Shown: positions 1 through 13,110, numbered from the whole stretch's first letter. The stretch is DNA of 63,990 bases, filler included, from Chiloscyllium plagiosum (GCF_004010195.1; 4 parts of one record of this genome joined end to end with filler, not necessarily neighbours in it); one strand, 5' to 3'. Numbers and translations: made by a program. Notes: generated by a model not told the origin, from the sequence alone.

Positions 1-175
1 ACCTATTGTACTCTATGCTACTTTCTCCCCACCCCCACGCTCCTCTAGCTTATCTCTCCACGCTTCAGGCTCTCTGCCTTTATTCCTGATGAAGGGCTTT
101 TGCCCGAAACATCGATTTCACTGCCCGGTGGATGCTGCCTGAATTGCTGTGCTCTTCCAGCACCACTGATCCAGA
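1..175 (+). mobile_element. Penelope-like element terminal (pLTR) fragment, family A, with hammerhead-like core at 86-113
   Basis: CTGATGAAGGGCTTTTGCCCGAAACATC followed by GGATGCTGCCTG..CTGTGCTCTTCCAGCACC; the same sequence recurs at >=6 other places in the window. Confidence 0.7.
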
Positions 176-1039
176 AGATGTTGGATTTCTAGCCTACTGT
201 GTGCAGCATGCAATTTCTGCCTATGTTTATTTCTTGCTTGTTCATCGGACTGATCTGTCACACTTCAAGCATCACTCAACTTTCATTGCCACAACTCAAA
301 AGAAATATAAGTAACAAGAATCATTTTACATGGAACCAAAATAACTAACATCTAAAGCCTTACCAATCACATTTATAAAAAGCTAGGGTTACGACCTGCA
401 GCTTGAAGAATAATTAAGCAGTGACATCATTTAGTATTTACTTAACAGTAATTAATATTTATGACTGTGACATGTGACACAGTTTCATCTTAGCCTCAGG
501 ATATTACACGATATAATGTTCCTACCCCTGTAAATCAGTGTATCATCTGAAGTAGATAATCTATACAGTACATTAATTTTTGCAGAGATTTGAGAACTGG
601 GAGGCTGAGGGCAGCAGATTAACCACTTGTTGCATATTCTGTCAGATTTGCCTCCCCCCAACTCAGAAGTTTAAAGTCCTACTGACCACCCTATTTATCC
701 TCTTCTGTCAGATTTGCCTCTCCTAAATGCTAAATACTAAATGCCTCACCATCAAACTTCAAAAATGTGAATCCCATCAGAGCCGTCTTGGCACAAACTG
801 GCAGCAGGCCACAATTCCTGTACCAGAACAGACATACCCAGTAATATTGAGAACATGAGCTGGTGATACAACTGCATGTCACAGAGGTATGGCTGGTGAA
901 AAGTTTTAATCATTGCATATCGACAGTGGAGGCAATCATGGAAAGTATCTTCAGGACACCAATGCAACAAAGAGCACAACTGTTTCATTTGCCTCAACAT
1001 TTATGTTGGGAGTGTTTTAAGAAGCATGGAATTCTGCAG

Positions 1040-2640
1040 GGCTGCGCAGTTTTGCACCCCATATCTCAGGAAGGATGTACTGGCCCCGAGAGTGGGTCCA
1101 GAGGAGGTTCATGAGAATGGTCCCAGGAATGAAAAGCTTAATATATGAGGAAATCTTGAGGACTCTGGGTCTATATTTGATAGAGTTTAGAAGGATGAGG
1201 TGAGATCTAATTGAAACTTACAGCATACTGAATAGTCTAGATAGAGTGGATTCTGGGAAAATGGTTCCATTGATGGGAGAGACTATGACACAAGGCCTTA
1301 GAGTAGAGTCATAGAGATGTACAGCTCAGAAACAGACCTTTCGGTCCAACTTGTCCATGCCGATCAGATATCCCAACCCAATCTAGTCCCACCTGCCAGC
1401 ACCTGGCCCATATCCTCCAAACCCAGATAGAGTGGATTCTGGGAAAATGGTTCCATTGATGGGAGAGACTAGGACCCAAGGGCACAGCCTTAGAGTAGAG
1501 TCATAGAGATGTACAGCACAGAAACAGACCTTTCGGTCCAACTTGTCCATGCTGATCAGATATCCCAACCCAATCTAGTCCCACCTGCCAGCACCTGGCC
1601 CATATCCTCCAAACCCTTCCGATTCATATACCCATCCAGATGCCTTTTAAACATTGCAATTGTACGAGCCTCCACCACTTCCTCTGGCAGCTCATTCCAT
1701 ACATGCACCACCCTCTGTGTGAAAACATTGCCCCTTAGGTCGCTTTTATATCTTTCTCTTCTCACTTAAACCTATGCCCTCAAGTTCTGGACTCCCCGAC
1801 CCCAGAGAAAAGACCTTATCTATTTACCCTATCCATGCCCCTCATGATTTTATATATCTCTATAAGGTCACCCCTCAGCCTCCGACACTCCAGGGAAAAC
1901 AACCCCGGCCTGTTCAGCCTCTCCCTATCGCTCAAATCCTCCAACCCTGGCAACATCCTTGTAAATCATTACTGAACTCTTTCAAGTTTCACAACATCTT
2001 TCCAAAAGGAAGGAGACCAGAGTTGCACGCAATATTCCAACAGTGGCCTAACCAATATCCTGTACAGCTGCAACATGACCTCCCAACTCCTGTACTCAAT
2101 ACTCTGACCAATAAAGGAAAGCAATCTACTTGCGACTCTACTTTCAAAGAGCTATGAGCCTGCACTCTTTGTTCAGCAACATCCCCGAGGACCTTACCAT
2201 TAAGTGTTGCTTTTCCAAAATGCAGCATCTCACATTTATCTAAAGTAAGCTCCATCTGCCACTCCTCCGTCCATTGGCTCATCTGACCAAGATCCCGTTG
2301 TAATCTTAGGTAACCTTCTTTGCTGTCCATTTCACCTCCAATTTTGGTGTCATCTGCAAACCTATTAACTATACCTAAAGGGAAGACCTTTTAGAACAGA
2401 CATAAGGAGAAACTTCTTCAGCCTGAGGGTGGTGAATCTATGGAATTCATTGCCACAGAAGGGTCTGGAGGCTCGGTCATTGAGTATATTAAAGACTGAG
2501 ATAGATAGGTTCTTGATTGTCAAGGCTTATGGGGACAATGTGGGAGAATGGGGTTGAAAAACTTATCAGCCATGATTAAATAGCGGAGCAGACTCGATGG
2601 GCTGAATGGTCTAATTTCTGCTCCTATGTCTTTTGGTCTT
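1040..2640 (+). mobile_element. CR1 LINE 3' fragment, interrupted by an opposite-strand CR1
   Basis: Decayed RT C-terminus (LERVQRRF-type, FFSLRVVNLWNSLP-type) and 3' UTR; sequence breaks at ~1497 and resumes at ~2377. Confidence 0.85.
1497..2376 (-). mobile_element. CR1 LINE 3' fragment nested in a + strand CR1
   Basis: ORFs 1556-1765 (FTQRVVHVWNELPEEVVEA) and 1989-2330 (LQRDL..W.EEWQME...KCEMLHFG) are CR1 ORF2 motifs. Confidence 0.88.
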
Positions 2641-5464
2641 AATGCTGTCTTTGAGGTCCACTGGTTAGTTTACATGCTGGTTGTGTTATCCTCAAGCAGA
2701 CCCATAGCCAGCAGTATTCAGGACAGCCTGGTTTTAAGGGGAGAATCTGAAAACAGATATTAGGTTTCTCAATAACAATTGCATTAAGGATCTGTCTACA
2801 TTTCCGGGAAAAAAAGGACTGATAGATAGGCTTGTTTCATGCACTTTGTATGCCTGAATTAAGGACACTTGCATATCAATTCTGCCTTTGATGCCCTAAA
2901 CATTGTACTTAAAACTGTCACAGTTTGCCAGAGGCAATCTGAACATGGTGAAATCTTTGGATCTACAGTCAGAAATTTAAAAATAACCTTCTAATTGACT
3001 TCAGAAGGCATTGCAATCATCTGAATGTGTCTCCTTAGACCTTTGACTCAGCACCCAGGGAGGACTTGAAAGGACAGGACTAGTTCAACACAAATTAATC
3101 TTGGCAGCTAAACATCACAATTATACACCAGATTACCTATAAACAATGTTCTTGTAGCCCTGCTAATATCTAGAGAAAGCTGTGTGTGATTTCCATATTG
3201 ACATACTGTACCAGATGTAGCTTCGGACAATGACTATAAACTATTTGAATTTATCGCTTTCTGTGGCGGATGATGCCACCCAAACCCCATAAGAAGGTAC
3301 CCAAAGCTTGATAGCTGCTCTTTATAATTTCTTTTCATCGCTATAAAAGTGTTTTCCTCCTTTTCTCTCCTGCATGCATGAAAACGATATATCAAACTGC
3401 GACACGGAACTTAGTTAACACCTTCCATGGTCTCCAGTCTATGAGACAAAATAAGTTGTATCGGTACAAGCATTTCCCTGATACAGCACTCAAACGATCA
3501 TCATTTATATGTGAACATTGATGGTGAGAATCAGCAGTTAGTCAATAAAATCCGTGGGTCGATGGAGGGGTAGGGGGGAGGGGGATGGTGGTGGTGGCAA
3601 TAGCACCACAGCCAACAGTGATGCTGTTTCGTGTGATCGCCACTCACTTGCACTTTCCACCAGGGGTCACTGGATGCCAATCAGGAGTGGGAATCCTGGC
3701 TGACTTTATTTTCCCCTTCCAAAAGATGTCGGAGGCAGGCACTCATTGCTGTTTGACTCAGGGCAGCAAACTGAGCACAGTCCTGCCGAGGACATTCTCC
3801 TATACTCGTCCAAAACTCGGTTACACAGCGAAGGGCCTATATATTCACTCCATACCAACGTGCATTCCATAACACGTATTGCCAATGTGGGCATGTTGTG
3901 TAACATAATGTATTGGCATGGTTGAACCTATGCAACACACTAGCTCCGATTTTGGTCGGAAAATCATGAATATATTGGACAAATTGACACACAACCATCT
4001 GCGAAAACAAAATGATCTAAATCCATTGTATAGATTTCCCATCAACCCTGGACCACGTCCTAGAACACATCTGGTATTGTTTGTATCAGTAGTTACGCCC
4101 TGTCATTATTCTCCCCAGCATATTTATTATCTTTGTGTCTTCAATGTCCACGCCTCAAAGCAAACACAAACTCAGCGAAAACTGCTCGCATTAATTACTC
4201 AGACGGTAGCGAAACTTGTTGTGGGATGAGTTTTTTTCCCCTCTTAGTGTTGGTGGCTGCTTAATTGTGTTTAACAAATTGTGTTCTGCGAATCAAATAA
4301 AGCTCCAGCCACAGCTATTTTGCAGGGGAGCTGTCTAGCCATTCGCCTTCCTTTCGTTGTGTTGGTTACTGTCAAAGGGAGCCATCTGCTTTCTCTATTT
4401 ATGAACTGTCTGGATGTTTGATGTTTAAATATCTCAGCCTCCCACACCCACCAATCTCGCACTTTACAAGTTGCAGCCACACCCAGAGTTGTCGGTGTAA
4501 ATTTCCCATATGGTGAGAAGTCGATATATCTTAGGCTGTCACACTAGAGCTCACCCGAGCCCGACACTCCCTTATTCATTATCGGCCTTCCTGGTCTCCA
4601 ATCTACGGAACAATGTAAATTGTACAGGCAGTTTACTCTGACGGGGTCCTGCATCAAAGAGGTGCGACTCCAACCAGGGTGTTCACTTCCACTCTCGCCA
4701 TCGGCTGTTGTTGTCCCGATCGGTTCAATCACATTGTGTGGGGGGAGTGGGGGCACTGGGAGCTGGATTTGTGGGCTCATCTCGTTCACCAAGGACATGG
4801 GGACATTTTATGTTCATATTTAAACGGTTAAGGGCACAGCCCGAGGTGCAACTGTCTCCAGGCGAACCCGTTTGCTTTTTTTAACCACCCCCCCCCCCCC
4901 CACCCCTCTTTAATCTGGTGCCAAGTTTGCGCCCAGCCGACTCTCTGCCCTCCAGAGCCGAGTGATGACACATCCACAAACAAAACAGAAACAGAAACAT
5001 TGAGGTAGTGCAGACCCCGCAGTGAGAACCAAGGCTGTTGTGCCCTGGAATTGGGAAACATGTATCCCTACTAGAAGTGGGATCCGGCTGTCATTACTTC
5101 CCCCACAGCCCCTCCGCTGCCTCTTCTATTTATCAACACATTGACGTCTATTTAGCAAATGGGAGTAGAGGTCTGGCTCTTTCAGACCAGGTTACGCAAG
5201 CGCCCCAGCGCTTTTGAGCCACTTGTTGCAATTGGAGGGCGATATTTAATGGTTGGCAGTGATATACCTATGTATGTGTGCGGATCTATATATGTTTCTA
5301 TGTATGTTGCATGCTGTGAAAAGGAAGCAGCGAGTCCCCAGAGGGACTGGATCGGGAATATCGAAATCAGAAAAGAAAATCTGGACTGTCCAAAGGGAAT
5401 TCTCCATGTGGATAACGAGAAAGGAAAGTAAAACAGCAAGAAAACAGCAACACCAAAATAGATC

Positions 5465-5503
5465 ATGGTTGACAACGCGAGTATAGTGGCTAAAGCAACG
5501 CTG
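5465..5503 (+). CDS. ARID3C: Probable first coding exon of the ARID3 gene (MVDNASIVAKATL)
   Basis: ATG in strong Kozak context (ATCATGG: A at -3, G at +4), 13 codons, then donor CTG|GTGAGG. Phase 0 joins in frame to the acceptor at 7185 (HQGLTTSNG...). Confidence 0.7.
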
Positions 5504-7184
5504 GTGAGGAATTTCAAAATCATTTCTTATATCACTTATCCACTTTCTCTCCGTCTCTCCCTGTCTCACTCGGCTCAGATCGCCTGGAGGCGTAATTCGG
5601 CAGCTCTCTCTCTCTCTCTGTAAATATTTTAATCAGGTTTGGCGGTGGGGGGAAGCGATTTTTACAGAGATAAAGTGTTACTAAATAGGAGTCGTGACAG
5701 GATCTGCAACCCGTCACAGGGAGGGAAGACGGAGGGAGCAAGAAAATGAAAGGGCAGATTGTTTAATCTGGGAACAAACGACTGAATTGAAAAAAAAACT
5801 GTGTACATCCAGAGATAAAACAGAAGGCAGGACTTCAGGCAAATCCGAGTCAACGCTGATCGACATATTAAAAAAAAAGACGGGCGTTTGTTCGGGTTGG
5901 TCCGTTTGTTGAGATTTTGTTTCTCGGGAAAGGTAAATTCCATGTTCACATTCTCAACCCCCCCTCCCCACCCCCAACAACAACAACAAAAGAAAGTCAG
6001 CGGCGATAAAGCGATGAAACTTGTGATGAGCGATCGCTGAGATTAAGAGTGCGGCAACGGTCGGGCAGCGAGCGGAATAAATAAAGTGAATGAATGGCCC
6101 GTTTCCACCCAGAAAAGAATCTAGAAATATTTATAACTAAACAGCACATGTTAAAAACAAAGTTTTTTTATTGTAAGGAGGGAGCGGTGAATGCAATGAT
6201 CCAAGCTCTGTAGGTTTTTTCCCCCCAAGCAGGGCTGACTTGAATTTTGGTAAATTTATGGGAAATCTGTGAAATCTAACATTTATGTGGCGAGAGGGGG
6301 GAGGGTGTGAGGGGGATTATGTTTGTGCAATGAGAAGCTTTCCTGGTGATTACCGACAAGAAAAAAAAGTTTTTTTTTGAAGGATTCTTCCTGAAGCTGG
6401 GAAGAGACCAAGTCACATTGTAACCAATTCTGGAATGTATATCCTCGACGTTGGATTTACAAATGAGAATCTCTCGAAATGTTGTACTTTCTAAGTTGCT
6501 AGATAGTGTCTCCAGAGCGACATTCTAGGATGTGTTTCTCTTTTGGGCTGGTTTGCAGTTGCCGGAGTCACTTGTTTCTGAGGCCAGGCTTTAATGGGGC
6601 GTTGCACAATAGGGTCAGGTCATATTTAATTCAGTCTTATTATGAGGCGCATTTGGATTTCCGTGCCAACAAATAACAACCAAAGGAGCAGCGATCGCTC
6701 GGTCTATATCAAATAGTCGGTGCTTTTCACAACCCACCAGACAAAAAAAAAGTAAACTTTCTTTCGTTAAAACAAAAGCGCAACGATTTGAGCAAATTGC
6801 GCTTGGAATTGCAGTGCGATCTGCTGGTTTCATTTGCAATCCTCTGCACTGTCTGTGTGAGCCCCGGGGAACAGTTTAAAGAAGGTGCCTATTAAAAGTT
6901 TCAGTAAACGCAGATTGCGGGGGTTTGAAAATGCATGCACTCTTGATACAAATTCCTGATTTTACTTTTAATATACTCAGTCGAGTCCTGCAAGTTAACG
7001 ATGCAGTAAAGTTTCGCTTTCCTCGCTTGAGTATGTTGTAGTTTTGGATTATTTTTAAAGGAAAGACCAGGAGCTTCCGCCTGTTAAATACTCATGGTCA
7101 GCTTGCGTGCGAAGTTTGGTCAAATTGTCCCGCATGACTATTTTTGTTTTTTTTTGTTTCCCCCCCCCCCCCCTCCTGTACCAG

Positions 7185-7895
7185 CACCAAGGTTTAACAA
7201 CCTCTAATGGACTCGGCCTGATCTCCTCTGGAAGTGCACACTACCAGGCTCCCCACGGCATGAAGCTGGAAGCGGTGATGGAAAACCTGCAGAGGCAGCA
7301 GCAGGCCAGGCTGGAGCTGGAGGAGAGGCAGAGGAAGGAGAGGGAGAGGGATGTGAGCCGAGCAGGAGCTGACAGCCAGCAGCAGCAGCAGCAGCAAGCC
7401 GTGAGCGCCGCTGTGCACCAGCACCTGGCAGCAGCCCAGCAAGCAGCCGCCCTGGCAGCGGTCCGAGCCGCCGCTCTCGCCGGCTTAGGGGACGCCGGCC
7501 CCGGATCGAGCGGGGCCCATCGGCCGCTAGTGACAGCGCAGCGCCGCCGCGTCCCATCCGCCCTCTCCGAGTCCGAGGAAGACGAGCCCGAGCCCGGGGA
7601 AGAGGAGGAGGAGGAGGAAGAGGAGGAGGAAGAGCTGGGAGAGGAGGGAGACGAAGAGGAGGAGGAGGAGGAGGAGGAGGAGGAAGGGATGGATGGGAGT
7701 CAGATCCATCGCGTTTCCGGGGTGCCAACCCCCGGGCACACTCTCAAAGGGACCCCTGTCCAGCTGTCCAGATTCGGGCAGCATCACTACCACCTTCCCG
7801 GCCAATCTCACTCCCCAGTCGGTATCCCTCAGCCGCCGCAGTCCCAGCAGCAGCAGCAGCAGCAGGAATGGACCTACGAGGAACAGTTCAAGCAG
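7185..7895 (+). CDS. ARID3C: Coding exon of AT-rich interactive domain protein 3 (ARID3 family; ARID3C favoured, ARID3A not excluded); N-terminal Q/A/E-rich region immediately before the ARID domain
   Basis: Encodes MKLEAVMENLQRQQQARLELE (ATG at 7260), AAALAAVRAAALAGLG, a long acidic tract and EWTYEEQFKQ, all characteristic of ARID3A/3C. Polypyrimidine tract plus CAG acceptor ends at 7184; donor CAG|GTAAGC after 7895; 711 nt, phase 0/0. Family call is strong; the paralog call (E in EWTYEEQFKQ, MKLE start) is weaker, about 0.6. Confidence 0.92.
7600..7686 (+). repeat. Coding (GAG/GAA)n repeats (poly-Glu)
   Basis: Two imperfect GAG runs inside the exon; (CAG)n poly-Gln runs also at ~7377-7397 and ~7845-7865. 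Confidence 0.9.
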
Positions 7896-10800
7896 GTAAG
7901 CGAACCTTTCCTCTCCAGTTTGGGCCAGGGTTTGACCCAGTTTACCAGGTGGGGTAAAGGGCATGTGTGCGCAGAATTAGCCAGAGTTGGCCATCTCCCG
8001 GAGTTGGCACCATCAAGCCAACTTTCCTAGGATATGACTGGCTCTTTGCCTGTTGGGTTACAGCAGGAAGCAAGGAATTCAGGATGCTGAGCTGAGACTA
8101 TGTTGAGTTTATTTTGTGTGTTTTATTGTGGGGGAGTCCGCAGAGCGATCTTCAGCAGGCGAAAATCCGAATTCGTACAGAACGAATATGTTTGAAAGAA
8201 GTGGAATATCCCGAGTTTAGAGGATCTTGTTAAGAAAAATAACGATACAACAATTAAGTGTGTACACACGTTGTGCCTATAGATTGGGAGTACAGACTAA
8301 TGGCTTTAAACTGTGTAATTTGTGCTGTATATCAAGTTACTTTGTACTGAAGCAAATAGAGTCTTGGCACAGGTAAACTGTGCCATGTACTTAGTGACAG
8401 GTAGTTTCCCTCCATTCATTTTAACAGGTTTCTATCACTGAATGTTTAAAGAGAACGTTAAACCTCTCTACACTGAGGACAGATGTTAGGAATGTTTATA
8501 TCGCCAAAGTAAAGCACGTTGTTAAATGCGAAGTTCTTTTCACTGGAAAGTTTAAGAAAGTTGTAACTAATTTTCTGTCTGTTAAATTTTGGTACTGGAA
8601 GTTGTTCACATTTCAAATACATTCATTCCTGTGTCACTGGGATGATTAAGTCTGAGAAATAGATCAGAGACTGTAAAAATGTACAGTTTTTATTTACTAT
8701 TACACTTGCAATGCAATTTTAGTGACTTTGCATTTCATCTTTCAACACTTTCTTCCTATATATTGGTGGGTTTTCTTTTCTGCTAATGCTAAAAGGAGGT
8801 TATAAACTTACTGTTAACACAAATCATTTCACTTTATGTTAGGCTACTTTGTTTAGCAGTTTCTCAGGTTTCAAATTCAACCTCAGTTTGATTGAGAAAG
8901 TTGAGGGTGGCTTCAGACCAAACCAGGAGGAACTTTGAAGGAAGTCATTCAATTATTAATTGTCATGGAATTACAGTGAATGAGTGAATTCATTGGACAC
9001 CTTGTATCAATTTGTTAAAGTATTTTTCAGTAGCCCAGCAAATTCAACCAAAGAGTTTCTGGGTCATACAAACCAAGGAGATTCCAGGTCTAAACTGAGC
9101 TAGCTAATCTCAGCTTTGTGCATCTCATGTATGCCACATTAGTTTCAATACATCTGATCTAAGAAAGGGAAAATTGGCCAAAGTTTACCCTACTCATCAA
9201 AAGCAGCAACTGTTGATGGAATTAAACGTGAATGAGAACGAAATAGGGTTTGGTTGTAAGGCCTTCCTCAAGCAAATGGCCTGTCAAAAGAGTTAATAGA
9301 TGCACAAGAATCTTGACAACTTGAATGAGGTGTATGAGGGTAATGCTGCCTGTGAAATTCTCATGCAGTAAGAAATCAACATGTTCAGAAAGTAACAATA
9401 TTTTTTCTCAATGTTTACCTTGCAATTTAGAATGTTTTCAGCACTTTTAACATCAGTTGCTTTTGGATGAGTTAATGTAATGTTGCATCACATAAACCTT
9501 CTGCTTGAGTTACCATTGATTTAGTTCATAAAATATATTAGAGGGGATTGTATCCTAATCATGATGTATAAATTTAACCAAACCATAGTGCTTTAACTAT
9601 TTGCAACATTTTTTATTCATGTAGTATATTTCAATGATTAGAAATGTGCTATTACTTTCCAGAATGGGTTTACACTTATGTCAAAATGTGTGCATACTCA
9701 TTGCATATAAATCGCTGCTACATGCAGGATTTTATCATATGCTGACTTTTTCACATTTCTGCATATACAGGCCTATTTTATACCCTTGTATAATAGATTC
9801 TATCTTTGTTCTTTTGAGTACAACAAGGCTTTACTGGAATTTGCAACAATTCTCTGATGATTTTGCAACTTCTACATAATATACTTTACCCAATAATGGT
9901 AATGTAACTTAGTGACCTGTAAAACTATTCAAATTAATGAAAAGTAGGGGATGATCAAGTAACTTAATTGCATGGGCATCAGTGCCCAATGTCAAAATCA
10001 CTGTTTGCAAGCAAAATAACGCTGCAAAAACAGAGCAGTTCCAGCAGGTCACCAGTCGAGGTTTGTTACATTACAAGCACATTACTCTGGATGACGGAAA
10101 TCTAAAATTAAAAATATGCTAAAAATACTCGGAAGGTCTGTGGAGAGAAAAACAGAATTAATGTTTCTAGTAGACGACCTTGCCTCAGAATTGCAATGTG
10201 TTTAACATTTCTGTATGTCTTAATATGTATTCGGAGGAAAAAGCAGGATAAAGAGCTATGGGGAGCAGGCAGGAAAGTGGAGTTGAGATCAAGATAAGAT
10301 CAGTCATGATAATCTTAAATAGCCAAGTGGGCTCAAAGGGCTGAATTGCCTACTCCTGCTCCTCATTCCTATGTTCCTATGTAATTAGTAATGAATGGAT
10401 GGATTTCAATCGCATTTTGACTAATTATCAGCTAATTCCAGTACAACTAATTAACAAGACAGTTATTAAGTTGTTGAAAACAAACAATTCCTCTCCCATT
10501 ATTTTGCATTTTATGACACCAGTTCATGTTTGTGCAAAAGTAAGACTAGATAACGAGTTAGAAATTGAATTTTATTTGGGAACTATTTCCTTTCACGAAT
10601 AAATCCTGCCCAGGTACTTTTTAAAGAACTAGTGCACTTGCAGGGAAGTGTTCCTTAGTTGCAACAAAAATCTAACAAAACCCAGATAGTATGTGTGAAA
10701 TTCCTGCTGTTAGATTCAAATTTGTTTTAATTAATTGATTTTGTTGTGTATCATAGCTAAGTGTGTACAATATGATTTTAATGCCATTTTAAAAAATTGG

Positions 10801-12679
10801 ATAAGACAAAACAGTAAGACCATAAAACCATGAATGGGTCAGTTACAAATATTGCCAGTGGCGACAGAGAGTAACCAGATGCTTGGGATTACAAGAATCC
10901 ATTGAAAAATTATACACTTTCAACAAAAATAGTAGCCGGGGCTCAGTACCTTCTTATTACACCTTGTACAAAGTCTCGTGCATCAAACAACCATAACTTT
11001 GATCCTTGGTCTATGTGGAGTTAGCTGATCTTGCCCAGCAATTGAAGCCCAGCAATTGGCTTCAGCCCCCATGGGTTTGGAGGGTGATGTGGTAGGAGAA
11101 ATATCCAGGATTTCTGGTTGCAGTGACCCATGTTGGAAAATGAGTGGTCATCAGATCTTGAAAGAATTTGACTCAGCTCCTGTGTCACCCATGAGCAAAT
11201 TGGTTGCTCACACTGTCCAGAGTGATTTATAAAGATGGCCATTTGAACAAGGTGTCTGAGGAAGCTGAGTACCCTTGAACTGTAGCTCAGCATAAGTGAG
11301 AGGCTGCAGGACAGTAAGGGTGAAAGCTGAATCAAATAACAGTTAGTAAACAAAAATAAAATCTACTTGGTTTTCTGTGAGCGCCAAATGTAGGTGATCC
11401 ATATTTTTTGTTAAAGATACAATGCAACAATTGAAATAGATAAGCATTTGACTTGATTTGGTTTGCCCATTTCAACTTTTATACTACTAGGTAAGGAAAG
11501 GAGGGACTACTAATGCTGTTAACCAAAGCTACCAAAAATGGCTTCCAGCAGTGTGGAACGACTTTCCCATCTGCTTCTAATTTGCAAAGTACCAGGTATC
11601 AATTATAGACTGAGCTTAATTTGACATGGAAAATGGAAGCACTAACAATCTCTGATCATTAGGATTATTTTCCAATACTTTTCCTCCTGACCTCTCCTTA
11701 GTATGCATTGTTCATCAGGCTCATTTGGAATTGCTTAAGACTACATGTGAACAGTTGCTTAAAAGTGAGTATAGCAAGAGGTAATTGTTAACAGAAGTTT
11801 GACTTTTGCGCACATGTATATGCTCCTTGTATTAGGAAAAGGCTTTACAATACTGTGTTGGGTCTGTAGACTACACCGTAATGACTGTTTGTGAATTGCA
11901 CTTTGTAAGTAATGGACTCAAATAGGCCAAAAATATGTGGCAAAAAAATTGGATTGATAGTATTGTTTTAATTGCCATTTGATTGGGATGCACTTTAAAA
12001 ATATAAGTGTATATATATATATATTGTTATAATGAAAATACAGGGTTGGTATTGAAGTCAGTCACACTAATAGAAGTAGCCCATTGTGGTGATATGTTGG
12101 CTGGTGATTTTGTTCTATAAAACTTTACCTCTCCTCTCCTGTAAGCATTGTCATTTAATGGATCAACCTCAAAAAACTTCAACTCCCTTATGTTGCATTG
12201 CCCAAGTGACAGCTCATATTGTTTGAGTCTGAGCATGTTTGTAAGCTACATGTGTGGAAGGGATATAGGAGATGGAATTACTGGTAACTAGGAGGATGTA
12301 ACCATTTTTAAAGCAAAATTAATCTAATTTACACATGCATGCATAAAACAAAATTAAGCTGTATTTGCTGGAAATCATAAACTAAAACCAGAAAATATAA
12401 AAAAAAACAACAGGTTATTAGACTTCTGTCAATAAAACAGATAAGCTTCACCGAACTGACTGAGTTGTTGCTTGTTTACAGCTGCCACATTTTTGGTCAC
12501 TGCATCATATTTAGAAGTAGAACTCCTGTGCCTGATATTTCCACTTCCTAGTCTGGGGTCATAGTAGCCAAGGATGATGCTCTAAAGGATGGTCAACTGT
12601 GAAAAAATCAATTCCAAATCCTTTTTCCACCAAGCAGTGCATTTAGTTTGTGAGCTATTAAAGTGTACTTTAAGCAGAT

Positions 12680-12764
12680 TTAAAAATCACACAACACCAG
12701 GTTATAGTCCAACAGGTTTAATTGGAACCTGTTAGACTATAACCTGGTGTTGTGTGATTTTTAA
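12680..12764. repeat. Near-perfect inverted repeat (39-bp arms, 7-nt spacer), PLE-derived
   Basis: TTAAAAATCACACAACACCAGGTTATAGTCCAACAGGTT and its reverse complement with 1 mismatch; the arm sequence recurs at ~39029-39066. Confidence 0.9.
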
Positions 12765-12826
12765 CTTTGTACACCCCATCCAACACCGGCATCTCCAAGT
12801 CATGAAGCAAATTACTTGACTACTGT

Positions 12827-13110
12827 GGACAATAAAAGCTCATGGGGTAATATATTGACATGGACAGAAATTTGACTGGCTCGCAATAGACAAAGATTAG
12901 GCATGAATGGGCCATTTCCTGTTTGACAAGATGTGTTGAGTGGTGTGCCACAGGGATCAGTGCTGGGGCACCAACATTTTACAATTTATTTTAATGACTT
13001 GGATGAAGCTACAGTTGCTAAATTTCTCATATGAACAAAGGTTGGATGAGTTAGGCTTGTATGGTTTGGAAGAGTGACAGGTGACTTGATTAAAACATAT
13101 GAGATCCTCA
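12827..13110 (+). mobile_element. Old CR1 RT fragment
   Basis: Decayed SGVPQGSVLG..F.IY.NDLD motif (GGTGTGCCACAGGGATCAGTGCTGGGG). Confidence 0.75.

Larger units (their letters stand above)
3500..8200. promoter_or_regulatory. CpG-enriched, almost transposon-free promoter/first-intron region of the ARID3 gene
   Basis: CpG dinucleotides are frequent here relative to the CpG-depleted remainder, and no LINE fragments are recognisable. CRE-like TGACGTC at ~5142 flanked by CTATTTA motifs. TSS not determinable. Confidence 0.6.

Noticed and set aside
636..720. Short direct repeat TTCTGTCAGATTTGCCTC
   Set aside because: Two 18-bp copies with no recognisable insert between; too little to interpret.
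5182..5569. Divergent/antisense hydrophobic ORFs over exon 1
   Set aside because: No recognisable homology; explained by the A-rich leader read backwards.
7194..7964. Antisense ORFs (82, 174 and 145 aa) over the ARID3 exon
   Set aside because: Shadows of GC-rich triplet repeats (poly-P, poly-L).
7107..8030. 307-aa ORF as a complete gene
   Set aside because: It reads through the acceptor tract (FFCFPPPP) and the donor site; only 7185-7895 is exonic.
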